64,000 nucleotides of DNA from Candidatus Moraniibacteriota bacterium (GTDB lineage: Bacteria; Patescibacteriota; Minisyncoccia; Moranbacterales; UBA1568), in NCBI GenBank assembly GCA_016182385.1, contig JACPGV010000002.1, forward strand, positions 125,190 through 189,189, in the 5' to 3' direction. The first letter of the stretch is position 1; each line of letters starts with the position of its first letter. Shown here piece by piece: positions 1-9,754 of this stretch. The position numbers and the translations under genes are program-made. The notes beneath the pieces were generated by a model. It saw nothing but the letters and a program-made list of their open reading frames with translations. It ran no database searches and was not told where the DNA came from.

Positions 1-761
1 AAAACGCGATGATGCTTGCCGCCGGCTGTCCGGGGAAAACCATTATTCGAGTAGCCGCCGCCGAACCACACGTGGAAGATTTGGGGCGGTTTCTTGTCGC
101 GATGGGCGCTCGCATCAAGGGATTGGGGACACATACACTGGAAATTATCGGATCAAGAAAATTACGTGGAGCGAAACACACAATTATTCCTGATGCCAAT
201 GAAGCGGCAACATTTCTTATTCTTGGAGTAGCTACCGGAAGTCCGCTTACCGTTAAAAACGCTCGAGCAGAACATATGGATATTGTTTTGGAAAAACTGC
301 GAGAGTTTGGAGCGGATTTTAAGGTAGGAAAAAACGTGATAACTGTCATACCGGCAAAACGATTGAAAGCGGTAGGGAAAATCGATACGCGTACGTATCC
401 CGGATTGCCGACGGATGTGCAGGCTCCGTTTGGGGTGCTCGCGACTCAGGCGCTTGGTGAGACGCTGGTATTTGATACGATTTTTGAAGGAAGATTTAAC
501 TACGTGTCGGAGCTTGAAAAAATGGGCGCCAAATCGATTGTACTTAATCCCCATCAGGTGGTTCTGTATGGGAAAACGCCACTTCGAGGAACAATTATCA
601 AGAGTTATGATCTTCGGGCCGGTGCGGCACTTATTATCGCGGCGCTTGTGGCCAAGGGAAAAACGATTATTGAGGACATCTACCAAGTAGACCGCGGATA
701 TGAGAGAATAGAAGAGCGGTTACAGAAAATTGGCGCACGTATACGCCGTATCAATATCTGA
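1..761 (+). CDS. murA: UDP-N-acetylglucosamine 1-carboxyvinyltransferase MurA, C-terminal part (5' end outside window)
   Basis: Translation ends ...IEDIYQVDRGYERIEERLQKIGARIRRINI, the conserved MurA C-terminus; internal GLPTDVQAPF.. region. Reading frame is open from the window edge; TGA stop at 759-761. Confidence 0.85.
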   Translation, partial: NAMMLAAGCPGKTIIRVAAAEPHVEDLGRFLVAMGARIKGLGTHTLEIIGSRKLRGAKHTIIPDANEAATFLILGVATGSPLTVKNARAEHMDIVLEKLREFGADFKVGKNVITVIPAKRLKAVGKIDTRTYPGLPTDVQAPFGVLATQALGETLVFDTIFEGRFNYVSELEKMGAKSIVLNPHQVVLYGKTPLRGTIIKSYDLRAGAALIIAALVAKGKTIIEDIYQVDRGYERIEERLQKIGARIRRINI

Positions 762-835
762 AAATACTGCGAATGCGCCTGATGATGATTACGCAAAAAA
801 TCGCATACTTGTAAAATCCGTAATGCCGATGTGTT

Positions 836-1852
836 ATGAAGCCCGTATTTTTGAGAAAAATAGGCATTGATCTTGGAACGGCGAATACCTTGGTGTTTAT
901 TCCCGGTCAAGGAGTTGTTATCAATGAGCCATCCGTGGTGGCTATTTCTCTTTTGGAAAATAAAGTATTGGCAGTTGGGAATGAAGCGAAGGAAATGTTG
1001 GGACGCACGCCTGATACGATTGTCGCCAGTCAACCATTGAAAGATGGGGCTATCGCGGATTATCGTATTACGGAGGCAATGTTGAAATATTTTATTAATC
1101 GTGTGAGCGGACGAGTGCGTTTTTTTCGTCCGGAAGTTGTTCTTTCTATTCCTGCGGGCATTACGTCAACAGAACGTCGTGCGGTGATTGATGCGGCGCT
1201 CAAAGCGGGAGCGAAGGCCGCGTATGTCGTGAAAGAGCCTATTCTTGCCGCGATTGGTGCCGGTATTCCCATTCATACGGCACAAGGTAACATGATCATC
1301 AATATTGGTGGTGGCACATCGGAAATCGCCATTATTTCTCTTGGTGGTGTGGTGGCGGCGCACAGTGCCCGTGTGGGAGGCAACCGTATCGATCAGGCTA
1401 TTTCCGATTATATTAAACGCAAGTATAGTTTGGCGATTGGTGATCGAACGGCGGAGGAAATAAAAATGAAAATCGGTTCGGCGATCGCTCAGGTCAAGGA
1501 AGAACACATGGAGGTGCGCGGGCGTGATCTTATGGGTGGTTTGCCGAAGACTATTCCCATTTCTTCCAACGAAGTGACGGAGGCTATTCAAGATGAATTG
1601 CGTGAAATTATCAATGTCATCAAACAGGTGCTTCAGGAAACACCACCGGAGCTGGCGGCGGATATTATGGATAAAGGCATGGTGCTCTCCGGAGGGACGG
1701 CTCAGCTAAAATATCTTGATCAGCTTATTTCCAAAACAATCAACGTGCCGTGTTATGTGGCGGACGACCCGGCATTTTGTGTCGTGAAGGGGACCGGTAT
1801 CGTGCTTGAGAATCTTGATATTTATAAGAGAAGCATTATGCTCGCCAAGTAA
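836..1852 (+). CDS. mreB: rod shape-determining protein MreB (actin homolog)
   Basis: 338 aa; N-terminus IGIDLGTANTLVF, DGAIADY, MIINIGGGTSEIAIISLGG, VLSGGTAQL; full-length actin-fold MreB signature. Confidence 0.9.
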   Translation: MKPVFLRKIGIDLGTANTLVFIPGQGVVINEPSVVAISLLENKVLAVGNEAKEMLGRTPDTIVASQPLKDGAIADYRITEAMLKYFINRVSGRVRFFRPEVVLSIPAGITSTERRAVIDAALKAGAKAAYVVKEPILAAIGAGIPIHTAQGNMIINIGGGTSEIAIISLGGVVAAHSARVGGNRIDQAISDYIKRKYSLAIGDRTAEEIKMKIGSAIAQVKEEHMEVRGRDLMGGLPKTIPISSNEVTEAIQDELREIINVIKQVLQETPPELAADIMDKGMVLSGGTAQLKYLDQLISKTINVPCYVADDPAFCVVKGTGIVLENLDIYKRSIMLAK

Positions 1853-1905
1853 TCAATGAAAAAACAGGAGACGGAAAAGAATTTCGTCGATCGTTGTGAT
1901 GTCGT

Positions 1906-2982
1906 ATGTTGATCGGTATTGATGCCTCTCGAGCATTTTTGAAAAAACGAACGGGTATTGAGGAATATGCTTATCAGGTCATACGTCATTTACGTTTTCA
2001 ACTTCCAGAAGATGTTTGTGTGGTTTTGTATATTCGATCCGATCAGGACGTGACGTTTGATCTTCCAAAACAGTGGAGAGTGAAAAAAATGTGGGCGCCA
2101 CGATTGTGGACTCAGGCACGATTGTCTCTGGAGATGTTTTTTCATCGACCGGATATCCTCTTTGTGCCGGCACATACGGTACCGATTATTCATCCCCAAA
2201 AAACAATCGTGACTATTCATGGTCTTGAATATGAATTTTGTAAAGAAGCGTATTCGTTGTGGGAACGATGGTATATGCGACTTTCCATTTGGTTTTCGTG
2301 CCGTGCCGCCGAAATGGTTGTTTGTGTTTCGGAAAACACGAAACAAGATGTCATGAGATTGTATAATGTGGCGGAGAAAAAAATACAAGTGATCCACGAG
2401 GGTTTTGAAGAACATGGGATTATGAATCAGTCAGGCACCCTATCAACGGATATACCATACTTTTTATTTATTGGTAGATTGGAGGAACGGAAAAATATCG
2501 TGCGTGTCATTGAGGCATTTGAAACATTGAAAGAGCGATATCGGATTCCGCAAAAACTTCTGCTTGTCGGAAAACCGGGATATGGATATGAAAGAATAAA
2601 AAAGAAAATTACGGAAAGCAAGTATCAAGATATGATTGTGGAAAAAGGATATGTGAGCGAAGAAGAAAAATGGAATCTTCTGAAGAATGCCGATATTTTT
2701 CTTTTTCCGACACTTTATGAGGGATTTGGTATACCGGTACTTGAAGCACAAAGTATGAGAATACCGGTAGTGACGTCAAAGGTTTCTTCGCTTCCCGAAA
2801 TATCCGGAGAAGGAGCGATATTGGTGGATCCGGGCGATGTGGAGAGTATAGTCGAAGGAACGCACAGGCTTTTTTCTGATCAAGGCATTCGAGATGATAT
2901 AATAGAAAAAGGAGTAGATAATGTACATCGTTTTGGCTGGAAACGATGCGCTCGTGATCTTGCTGTTTTTTTCTCTCAGTAG
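1906..2982 (+). CDS. glycosyltransferase family 1 (GT4-type, retaining)
   Basis: 358 aa; C-terminal EGFGIPVLEAQSMRIPVVTS motif (E-x7-E of GT1); FLFIGRLEERKN linker typical of GT-B enzymes. Confidence 0.8.
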   Translation: MLIGIDASRAFLKKRTGIEEYAYQVIRHLRFQLPEDVCVVLYIRSDQDVTFDLPKQWRVKKMWAPRLWTQARLSLEMFFHRPDILFVPAHTVPIIHPQKTIVTIHGLEYEFCKEAYSLWERWYMRLSIWFSCRAAEMVVCVSENTKQDVMRLYNVAEKKIQVIHEGFEEHGIMNQSGTLSTDIPYFLFIGRLEERKNIVRVIEAFETLKERYRIPQKLLLVGKPGYGYERIKKKITESKYQDMIVEKGYVSEEEKWNLLKNADIFLFPTLYEGFGIPVLEAQSMRIPVVTSKVSSLPEISGEGAILVDPGDVESIVEGTHRLFSDQGIRDDIIEKGVDNVHRFGWKRCARDLAVFFSQ

Positions 2983-3000
2983 TAAGCGTGGTCTGATAGA

Positions 3001-4146
3001 TTGAAGATGACTGTAAATATGAATAAGCATCGACAAAAAAAAATAGCGCTCGTCCATGACTTTCTCGTTTCCTACGGCGGAGCGGAGCGGGTATTTCAGG
3101 TGATGGCGGAGATGTTTCCCGACGCGCCAATCTATACGCTTCTTGCGGACCAGGAGATTGTTACGCGATATTTTCCCGGTCGTGAGGTGCGTGTTTCGTG
3201 GCTTTGTCGTCTGCCGAAATTTCTCAAAAAACGATATCGTTTTTTTCTCCCATTTTTTCCGGCGGCGGTGGAAGCGTTTGATTTGCGTGATTTTGACTTG
3301 GTTCTTTCTTCGTCCGGAGCGTGGGGAAAGGGGATTGTCACGCGTCTTGATACGACACATATCGCTTATCTTCATTCGCCGATGCGATACGCGTGGGATT
3401 ATCACGAACAATATCTCGCTGAGATCGCTTCTCGGTCAGGGAAGAAGAAACCCGGTATATTCACGCGGCTTCTTCTTTCCTACATGCGTTTGTGGGATAG
3501 GCAAGCGGCGGAGCGCCCGGATATTCTTTTGGCAAACTCTCAATACACACAGGCGCGCATAGAAAAATATTATCGTCGGAAAAGTACGGTTCTTTATCCG
3601 CCAGTGACGCTTTCTCGTTCTTTTTCTGCTTTTGCTAAGGAAGTGTCGCGTGGCGATTATTTTCTTTTGGTGTCGCGGTTGACTCGTTCCAAAAAGGTGG
3701 ATGTGGCCATCGAGGCTTTTAACAAACTTGGCATATCTCTCGTGATTGTGGGGAGCGGAAGGGAAGAGAATTGTTTGCGCGAACAGGCGAGAAAGAATAT
3801 TACTTTTATGGGATTTGTTGATGATGAAAAATTGGCCACATTGTATGCCGGGGCGCGCGCGCTTATTTTTCCTTCTGAAGAAGATTTTGGGATGACAGCA
3901 GTAGAAGCGCTTTCTTTTGGTACGCCGGTCATTGCTTTTGATTATGGCGGCGTGAGAGAGATTGTTGAAATCGGAAAAACAGGAGAGACATTTCACGCGC
4001 AAACGCCTGAGGTATTAGCGGAGGGCGTGCGCCGATTTTTACAGCGGGAGGGGACATATGATGAGTCAATGATGAAGCAGAGCGCGAAACGATTTAGTCA
4101 GGAGCGGTTTCAGACAGAACTTGGGAAATTGATTCAAGAATTTTAG
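3001..4146 (+). CDS. glycosyltransferase family 1
   Basis: 381 aa; EDFGMTAVEALSFGTPVIAFDYGGVREIV and FLLVSRLTRSKKVD motifs; N-terminus IALVHDFLVSYGGAERV typical GT-B. Start may be at one of the downstream in-frame Met codons (MTVNMNK). Confidence 0.8.
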   Translation: MKMTVNMNKHRQKKIALVHDFLVSYGGAERVFQVMAEMFPDAPIYTLLADQEIVTRYFPGREVRVSWLCRLPKFLKKRYRFFLPFFPAAVEAFDLRDFDLVLSSSGAWGKGIVTRLDTTHIAYLHSPMRYAWDYHEQYLAEIASRSGKKKPGIFTRLLLSYMRLWDRQAAERPDILLANSQYTQARIEKYYRRKSTVLYPPVTLSRSFSAFAKEVSRGDYFLLVSRLTRSKKVDVAIEAFNKLGISLVIVGSGREENCLREQARKNITFMGFVDDEKLATLYAGARALIFPSEEDFGMTAVEALSFGTPVIAFDYGGVREIVEIGKTGETFHAQTPEVLAEGVRRFLQREGTYDESMMKQSAKRFSQERFQTELGKLIQEF

Positions 4147-4196
4147 GAAAAGAAGAGTAATTTTGTGTTTGTGAAAAATTCGTACGCTAAGAAAAT

Positions 4197-5090
4197 ATGA
4201 TACATATTATCGGTCATAAAAAAGAACGAGAGCGATTGCGATGGGCAAGAGAGAGGAATTGTGTTGCACAGAGTTATATTTTTTTTGGACCGCAGGGTAT
4301 TGGAAAAAGTTTGTGCGCGTTAGAATTTTCTTGCGCGCTTGTCGGGGAGCCTTTTTTTACGCCGAGTGATGATCAACCGACGCCACTTGATGTTTTGGTG
4401 ATGCGGCCACGAGAGGAAGAAAAGCGTGGCGTCATCAAGGTGAAAAATATTGCCGCGGAAGATGTTCGGGAGGCGCTGCGATTTCTTTCTTGTTATCCGG
4501 CATCTGGAAAATATCGGGTTGTTATTATTGAAGAGGCACACAAGCTTTCCCTTTCGGCTCAAAATGTTCTTTTGAAAACTTTGGAAGAGCCCAATCCGTC
4601 GGCGGTCATTATTTTAGTGACGCATGAAAAAGGAACGCTGGGAGAGACGATTCTTTCGCGAACGCAGAATATGCGTTTTGATTTTGTTTCGGAAGAAGAA
4701 ATGATGGCTACTATTGATCAGAACGGACAAGACATCGCCCCATTCTTTTTTTCTCTTGGCCGGCCGGGAATGATTTTTCGAGCGCTTCATTTTCCTCAGG
4801 AATTTATTCGTGAAAAGGAGGCTTTGACGCGTCTTTTCAAACTTTCTTCACTTCCTCTCGTCGAGCGAATGAAACTTGCTGAAGAATTAGGAAAGAATAT
4901 TCCGCAAGCTGTCCGTCTTTTGGAATGGTGGTTACCTGGTCTTCATGCGCAGGCACTCCGTGATACCGACACGTGGCGGACCGCTCGTTTTTTTGTTCTT
5001 CTTGAGTTAACGGAAACAACTCTTCGTTTACTCAAAACGACTCAAGCGAATGGAAGGCTTCTTTTGGAAAAACTTTTTTTTTCGGTATAA
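4197..5090 (+). CDS. holB: DNA polymerase III delta-prime subunit (clamp-loader AAA+ protein)
   Basis: 297 aa; QSYIFFGPQGIGKSLCALEFSCALVG P-loop-like box, VVIIEEAHKLSLSAQNVLLKTLEEP sensor region, typical HolB architecture. Confidence 0.75.
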   Translation: MIHIIGHKKERERLRWARERNCVAQSYIFFGPQGIGKSLCALEFSCALVGEPFFTPSDDQPTPLDVLVMRPREEEKRGVIKVKNIAAEDVREALRFLSCYPASGKYRVVIIEEAHKLSLSAQNVLLKTLEEPNPSAVIILVTHEKGTLGETILSRTQNMRFDFVSEEEMMATIDQNGQDIAPFFFSLGRPGMIFRALHFPQEFIREKEALTRLFKLSSLPLVERMKLAEELGKNIPQAVRLLEWWLPGLHAQALRDTDTWRTARFFVLLELTETTLRLLKTTQANGRLLLEKLFFSV

Positions 5091-5096
5091 AACGTT

Positions 5097-6053
5097 ATGT
5101 GGTTTTTTGAAAAAACAACAAGAAAACAATCAGCGGCGCGTTTTTTGCGAAAAGCTCCTTTGGAACGAAAAGAGCGTCGCATCGTTGTAGAGACAAAAAA
5201 GCCTTTTTTCTCTTTGGGGATGGTGGTTCTCTGGGGAGTATTTACGGCAACAGTGATCTATAGCCTTCTTTTTTCTTCTTTTTTGGTTATTACGAAGAAA
5301 ACGACAGATGGCGTTGAAAAATTATCAATTGAAGAAGTGGAGAGGGTCGTCGATGAAGAGCTTTCTGGTAAACAAGGATATGTGTTTTTTAAGAAAAATT
5401 TTATTCTCTTTGATTCACAACGACTGGAAGAACGGTTGATCGCGGAATTCCCACTTATTCGTACGGCACGGGTAGTGAAAACATTTCCTGATACTTTGCG
5501 TATTGTTATTGAAGAGCGAGAGAAAATCTTTTTGTGGTGTTCTCAAGAGCAGTGTTTTGTGATTGATGAACAAGGAAAAGCGCGTGATGGTGAAAAGACA
5601 TCGGATGTTCGTTATGAACCTTTTATTTTATCAGTAACGGATCTGAGTGCTCGGCCGATCACTATTGGCAAGGAAGCGGTAGCCTCTGATTATGTGCGAT
5701 TCGTGCGCGATTTTTTTGTTCTTTTTCCTCAAGAGACGGGTATTTTTTTAGAGTCTCATTGTACGACCAGTTCTCGTTTTGCTGACGAAGTACGCATAAA
5801 AACAAAAGAAGGTTGGAGTGTCTACGTTCGTACCAAAGGTGCCGTTACGGATGCTCTGGCGGTTATTCAGGTTTTATTGGAAAAAGAGTTACCGGCCGAA
5901 AAGCGAGAACGACTGGAATATATTGATGCTCGCGTAGAAAACCGTTTGTATTATGTGCTACGTGATGAAGGGGGCGAAGAAGAAAAGATTATGCCCGAAA
6001 TAGCGGAAACGTCTTCCGAGGAAAAGAGCGCGTCAAAGAAGAAAAAGAAGTAA
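5097..6053 (+). CDS. ftsQ: cell division protein FtsQ/DivIB-like (POTRA domain)
   Basis: 318 aa; single N-terminal TM helix (FFSLGMVVLWGVFTATVIYSLLF) followed by POTRA-like IRTARVVKTFPDTLRIVIEEREKIFLW; lysine-rich tail. Confidence 0.6.
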   Translation: MWFFEKTTRKQSAARFLRKAPLERKERRIVVETKKPFFSLGMVVLWGVFTATVIYSLLFSSFLVITKKTTDGVEKLSIEEVERVVDEELSGKQGYVFFKKNFILFDSQRLEERLIAEFPLIRTARVVKTFPDTLRIVIEEREKIFLWCSQEQCFVIDEQGKARDGEKTSDVRYEPFILSVTDLSARPITIGKEAVASDYVRFVRDFFVLFPQETGIFLESHCTTSSRFADEVRIKTKEGWSVYVRTKGAVTDALAVIQVLLEKELPAEKRERLEYIDARVENRLYYVLRDEGGEEEKIMPEIAETSSEEKSASKKKKK

Positions 6054-6135
6054 CGAAAAATGTAGCAAGAAGCAGGGGGTAAGTAGTAAGAAGAGGGATC
6101 GGTATAAAAAAAGAGGTGGAAGCCTCTTTTTTTAC

Positions 6136-8031
6136 TTACCACTTCGTTTCGGGAATATAGTAGATGAAAATAGAATCTCCGGCGCGCGTTACCGGTTCGA
6201 TGTTTTTGAGCCATTCGTAATTTCTTTCGTGAGCGGGGCGTTTTTTATAGAGACTCTCTTGATAGAAGAATGATGAAATGGCATACCAGCCAGCCTCCGG
6301 CTCGCGTTTATCCCACCAAGAAACATAGGTATCACCGAGATAATATTCTGGCCTCGCGCCGCCGAAATAATCGGTGCGTATGATATCAATAGGGGGAAGA
6401 TTTTTTGTTGTATCGCAAAAACGTGTTTCTTGGATAGTGAAAGAACCATTTTTGCAACGGTTATGTTGCTTTACGAAGGCGCCAAGGTTTTTGAGATCTT
6501 GTCCCCAGTCATAGTTTGAATCGGTAACGAATCGATAGCCTTGTAAATGGCCGCCGGCCGCGATATTGAAATAGGAAAGATAGTGAGGGTAAGCGAGAAT
6601 ACCTATGGACACAATACAGAACGTTGTAATTCCAAGAAGAAAAGAAAAAACAGATGTTTGTGGAAAGAGGGTCGTCACTCGTTTGAAAAGATGAAAGAGG
6701 GCGATAGCCATAAGCATATAGAGGAAGGGGAGAATGGGAAAAAGATGGCGAAAGCCAATCGTTAAGTTTCCGGTAATGCTTATATAGCCGTAAAAAATGA
6801 TAAAGAACAAAGAGAGCGCTAAAGCGATATGTTCATGGAAGATTTGAGTAGCAAAGGAGAAGATGTTTTTTGACCAAGAGCGTCGTAGTGCCGATACGCC
6901 ACGAAAGAAAGCGAAGAAAGTGGTAAGGAGGAGAAGAAAAAGAAAAGGGAGAGTTTCTTTGAGTGTGAATACCACGGGAAAGTACCAGGGAGATGAAACA
7001 TCGGAGACAGCGCCAAGAAAATAGTGCGTATTACCACTGGCGACACGAGCAAATACCATGAAAACACCGAGAAAGTACTCGCTGAACGGTTTGAGGAAGG
7101 AGGAACCGCTTGTTGTGACGACAAAGGAGTGGGCAAACTGCGCAAAAAGATTTTTTTGTCCGAGAAAATGATCCGCCAGGGCGACTAGCTTTTCTCCCGG
7201 CATATTGAAAGTATTGAAAAAATACACGATCCAGATAAGGATAAAGCAGATGAGAATGCTTCCTAAGAATTTTCCACTATATTGAAGAAGGGACATCGTG
7301 AGGAAAGAAAGAGTGGTACGAGAATCCGTGAGGAGTTGTTTTTTGGTGAGAGCATACAGTATGACAAAAAGACCGAAAACAGGAAAAAGCAAAACAGCAG
7401 AAAATTTTGTCAATTGGGCGAGGCCGAGCAATACGCCGGAAAGAAGAATGTTTTTCGGCGAGGGATTTTTGAGAAAACGGACAAATCCGTAAAAAACAAA
7501 AAAAATGAACGCGGCGCTTCCGATATCGGTGGTGACATAATGATTGTGGGCGATGATATTGGGGTCGAAAGCGTACAGCATTGTCGCGAATAACCCGGCC
7601 AGTGTTCCTCCAAGCTCGCGTGTCCAGAAAAAAATAACTCCTCCCAGAATGAGGGAGATAATGACAATGGGAGCGCGCGACCAAAAAAGAATGGCGTCAG
7701 CGTCATTGCACAGGTGCTCGGGCCGAGCGCAATTGATGAAGAGATCGCCGATAGTCCACTGTTCGTTGATACCTGATTGCCATTCCGAAGAAGAAAGAGG
7801 AAAGGTGATATCAAGAAAAAGAAGGGGGAGTCCGGAAAGATCTTTGATGAGAGGCGGATGTTCGGGGTTGAGACGCATATCGCCATAGCGGACATAGCTG
7901 TAAGCCGCCGGAATGTGTGCTTTTTCATCAAAAATGGCTGATTCTTGCGCGGCCACTAAAAAAGAAAGTACTCCATGAACGAGGAGAAGGGCGGCGATAA
8001 TAACAAAAGCATTTTTTTTGATGCATTCCAT
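6136..8031 (-). CDS. polytopic membrane glycosyltransferase, GT39/ArnT/PMT-like (dolichyl- or undecaprenyl-phosphate-sugar dependent)
   Basis: 631 aa, >10 predicted TM helices, N-terminal loop with acidic residues, large C-terminal soluble domain; architecture of GT-C glycosyltransferases. Confidence 0.55.
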   Translation of the reverse strand: MECIKKNAFVIIAALLLVHGVLSFLVAAQESAIFDEKAHIPAAYSYVRYGDMRLNPEHPPLIKDLSGLPLLFLDITFPLSSSEWQSGINEQWTIGDLFINCARPEHLCNDADAILFWSRAPIVIISLILGGVIFFWTRELGGTLAGLFATMLYAFDPNIIAHNHYVTTDIGSAAFIFFVFYGFVRFLKNPSPKNILLSGVLLGLAQLTKFSAVLLFPVFGLFVILYALTKKQLLTDSRTTLSFLTMSLLQYSGKFLGSILICFILIWIVYFFNTFNMPGEKLVALADHFLGQKNLFAQFAHSFVVTTSGSSFLKPFSEYFLGVFMVFARVASGNTHYFLGAVSDVSSPWYFPVVFTLKETLPFLFLLLLTTFFAFFRGVSALRRSWSKNIFSFATQIFHEHIALALSLFFIIFYGYISITGNLTIGFRHLFPILPFLYMLMAIALFHLFKRVTTLFPQTSVFSFLLGITTFCIVSIGILAYPHYLSYFNIAAGGHLQGYRFVTDSNYDWGQDLKNLGAFVKQHNRCKNGSFTIQETRFCDTTKNLPPIDIIRTDYFGGARPEYYLGDTYVSWWDKREPEAGWYAISSFFYQESLYKKRPAHERNYEWLKNIEPVTRAGDSIFIYYIPETKW

Positions 8032-8040
8032 AGGGAAGAA

Positions 8041-9711
8041 TTAAGGATGATTTTTTATTGGTGGTAAAACGATGATATCGAAATCGCCCCCATTTCGTTC
8101 TGGTCCATTCATGTCAATATGTTTCGTGAAGGCATCGGGGTAGAAATTTTTGAATTGATCGGCGATAGTCTGATCATAATGAAGCATAAGAATAATACCC
8201 GGCTGGCGAAATTTTGTTTCTTGGTTGATAATTTCCAGATTAGCGACGCGTCCGTAGGTCAAAAAGTAGGTCGGATGCGCAAAAACGGGCAAATGAAATC
8301 GGTCGGTATTCCCGTTTTTATCGATGAGGAGATATTTGTGCGTTTCCGCGGGGAGTGTCAGTAAATAGCGCCCCATGTTGGTGTAGGTTTCATTGAAAGA
8401 GGCGGCCGCTTTCTCGCTTTTGGCAAAAAATACGAAATATTTTGTTAGGTTGAACAAAGCACTGGTTCCGAGGGCGATGGCAAGAAAGGAAAGAAAGATG
8501 ATGCGTGTTCCCCAAGGAGAGTGGAAGGCTTTTTTTACCATCCAAAAAGCGGCGAGACCAGCCAGAAGAAATACAGGTGTTTGGGTACCGATGGAGCGGA
8601 GCGCGTGAGGGAGGCCTTCATCGGTGAGAAACTCTGGTACAAGCATCGTAAAAAATATTCCTAAAAGAAAAACGTTGGTGACGAGCCGTGTGTCGCGATC
8701 TTTGTCTCGAAATCGTCGGCCGAAGAGTATTACGGTTTGCGAGACAATGAAAAGAAAGCCGGCGATGAAGAGCGCTCCCGTAATCGGATCCAAAATAGGG
8801 TAGGGAGGGTAGTTGTGTCGCCAGTTTTGATCACCAAAAAAATTGTATTTGATGAGCGATATGGAAAAGGTTTTGGCGAGTGTTCCCAAAAGATCGCCAT
8901 GATTGATTTGTGGAGAAAAAACAGAAATATGAGAAGAACGAGAAGCAAAATCGTCGGGGTGAGAGAGAAAAAAATGATAGAGCATTGGTGAAGCGGTCAG
9001 GAACGCGCCGAAAAGAAAAAGAGCGATATGTTTCCAAAAACGACTGAGGAAACATTCGTAAGAAAGCATGAGGACGGGTAGGAGGAGGATGAGAATAAGG
9101 GGCGCGACACGAAAAGCGATATAGGTGTGGAGACCAAGTCCGAATATGAGTCCGGCAAAAAGAAAATAAAGGGGTTTTTTGGTGCGTAAACCACGAAAAA
9201 GAAAATAGAAGGAAAAAGAAAGAAGAAACGTTGTCATGATCGCGCGGAAACCGATACGTGAAAAATTGATGGCCCAGTAAGAAGTGGCAAGCATGAACGC
9301 CGCCAGAAGCCCTACGCCACGCCGGTGAAAGAGCTCTTTACCAAGGAGATAGATTCCTAAAACCGAAAGGGTACCAAATATTGCCGACCAAAGCTTGAGG
9401 CCGAGAATGGTGTTGCCAAAGAAAGCGATGGAGAGTGCTTGGAGATTGATAAAAAAGCCCTCCCGACCGAAATTAGCCGGATAAAAAAGTTCAAACGTTT
9501 TGGTTTCCAGAGCATGAATGGCATCGACGCCGTTGGCCGCCTCATCAGGATAGATGCCTGCCGGGATATGTTCGATATCGTAGAGGCGAATAAAAAAAGC
9601 AAAAATAAGCAAAGCGACGAGAGAGATGATGGTACTGAGGCGGATTCTTTTCGAAGGAGAGAGAACACTCATATTATTTTTTTGTATCATTTCTTTTTTT
9701 GTTGGAAACAT
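8041..9711 (-). CDS. polytopic membrane glycosyltransferase, GT39/ArnT/PMT-like
   Basis: 556 aa; YPDEAANGVDAIHALETK... first-loop DE motif typical of ArnT/PMT family, many TM helices; tandem with the upstream paralog. Confidence 0.6.
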   Translation of the reverse strand: MFPTKKEMIQKNNMSVLSPSKRIRLSTIISLVALLIFAFFIRLYDIEHIPAGIYPDEAANGVDAIHALETKTFELFYPANFGREGFFINLQALSIAFFGNTILGLKLWSAIFGTLSVLGIYLLGKELFHRRGVGLLAAFMLATSYWAINFSRIGFRAIMTTFLLSFSFYFLFRGLRTKKPLYFLFAGLIFGLGLHTYIAFRVAPLILILLLPVLMLSYECFLSRFWKHIALFLFGAFLTASPMLYHFFLSHPDDFASRSSHISVFSPQINHGDLLGTLAKTFSISLIKYNFFGDQNWRHNYPPYPILDPITGALFIAGFLFIVSQTVILFGRRFRDKDRDTRLVTNVFLLGIFFTMLVPEFLTDEGLPHALRSIGTQTPVFLLAGLAAFWMVKKAFHSPWGTRIIFLSFLAIALGTSALFNLTKYFVFFAKSEKAAASFNETYTNMGRYLLTLPAETHKYLLIDKNGNTDRFHLPVFAHPTYFLTYGRVANLEIINQETKFRQPGIILMLHYDQTIADQFKNFYPDAFTKHIDMNGPERNGGDFDIIVLPPIKNHP

Positions 9712-9754
9712 GCTAAAATTATAGCAAAATTGTTATCAAAAAGAAAATAAAATA